Assembly: GCF_021869535.1 (NCBI RefSeq)
Contig: NW_026262723.1
Location: 47,678,001-47,742,000 of the forward strand
Source: Mytilus californianus
Lineage: Eukaryota
Direction: 5' to 3'
DNA: 64,000 nt
Shown here: piece by piece, positions 63,330 through 64,000 of the stretch
Numbering within the stretch: position 1 is the first letter of the stretch
How the letters are laid out: every line of letters begins with the position of its first letter
Made by a program: the position numbers and the translations under genes
The notes under the pieces: model-generated
Seen by the model: only the letters and a program-made list of their open reading frames with translations
Database searches by the model: none
Told to the model about the DNA's origin: nothing

Positions 63330-63740
63330 TTCACCACTGCAACAAGTGTGTTACGATATTTCTCCACTCGAGACAGTTAAATTTTAATATTTAAAGCGCG
63401 AGGCTTGCCGAGCTTTTTAAATAATTAAAATTTAACTGTTGGGAGTGGAGAAATATCGTAATACACGAGTTATAGTGGTGGAATCTGTTTCTCTAATGAT
63501 TTTTATCCTTCCTTTTCAAAGATTTGCAGAAAGTTGTGTTCTTTATATGTGACGTCATCAGGCATGGTCGCCTTTTTTCATGACGTCACAATAGGAAATT
63601 CAGAAGATACCCAAGAAAATCTGACGTCTTAATTAAATTTCGACCAATCATTTGCCGAGAACAAACATTTCACTAGTGAGGAGAAATATTTTTCTCACAC
63701 CGATCAAGAAAATTGAAAATAGCAGAAAAATTAGAGAAAC
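63330..63740. mobile_element. MITE with a long imperfect hairpin (63330-63483)
   Basis: TTCACCACTGCAACAAGTGTGTTACGATATTTCTCCACTC..CAGTTAAATTTTAAT / ATTAAAATTTAACTG..GAGTGGAGAAATATCGTAATACAC..AGTGGTGGAA. Confidence 0.65.
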
Positions 63741-64000
63741 AATGTTTTATTGCGACTAAACATTTTTTGCCCGGGTACTTTAGACACATTGAACATGTTA
63801 ACGATAAAAACAAGTTGCTTTTAAAAAAAACAGACAATACGTGAACCTTAGAACTTTTTTATTCTAATTTTTAATTCAACTGAATAAGAAATTCTATATC
63901 AGTGTTATCTTGGCCATGTGTGTGGAGGATAATATTTTCTTTTTATTGTAAATCATTACAATTTTGGCATGTTGAGAGAAGTGTTAAATATAAAGCAAGG

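Overview
AT-rich animal genomic DNA; the repeat families suggest a bivalve, probably Mytilus (inference). Only one host coding exon is supportable: the first coding exon of a Gyc76C-like receptor guanylate cyclase on the minus strand (2166-1801). The remaining ~62 kb is upstream or intronic sequence packed with Penelope-like (PLE) retroelement 3' fragments, short non-autonomous derivatives, tRNA-SINEs, MITEs, Helentron-type elements and minisatellites. Main finding: the 3' UTRs of two different PLE lineages, and several short related repeat families, carry a type-P5 twister-ribozyme-like fold (about 14 full or partial copies). Compensatory changes occur in P2, P3, P5 and both pseudoknots, and the P1 helix is replaced by two short palindromes. 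A separate ~340-360 nt retrozyme-like repeat carries minimal type I hammerhead ribozymes, two with intact cores, and one copy is nested inside a PLE reverse transcriptase remnant. A third PLE family ends in a different structured RNA that I cannot assign. Repeat family labels A, B, C, F and G are my own. All structures were derived by eye, none is computed or tested, and repeat boundaries are approximate unless a target-site duplication (TSD) is given.
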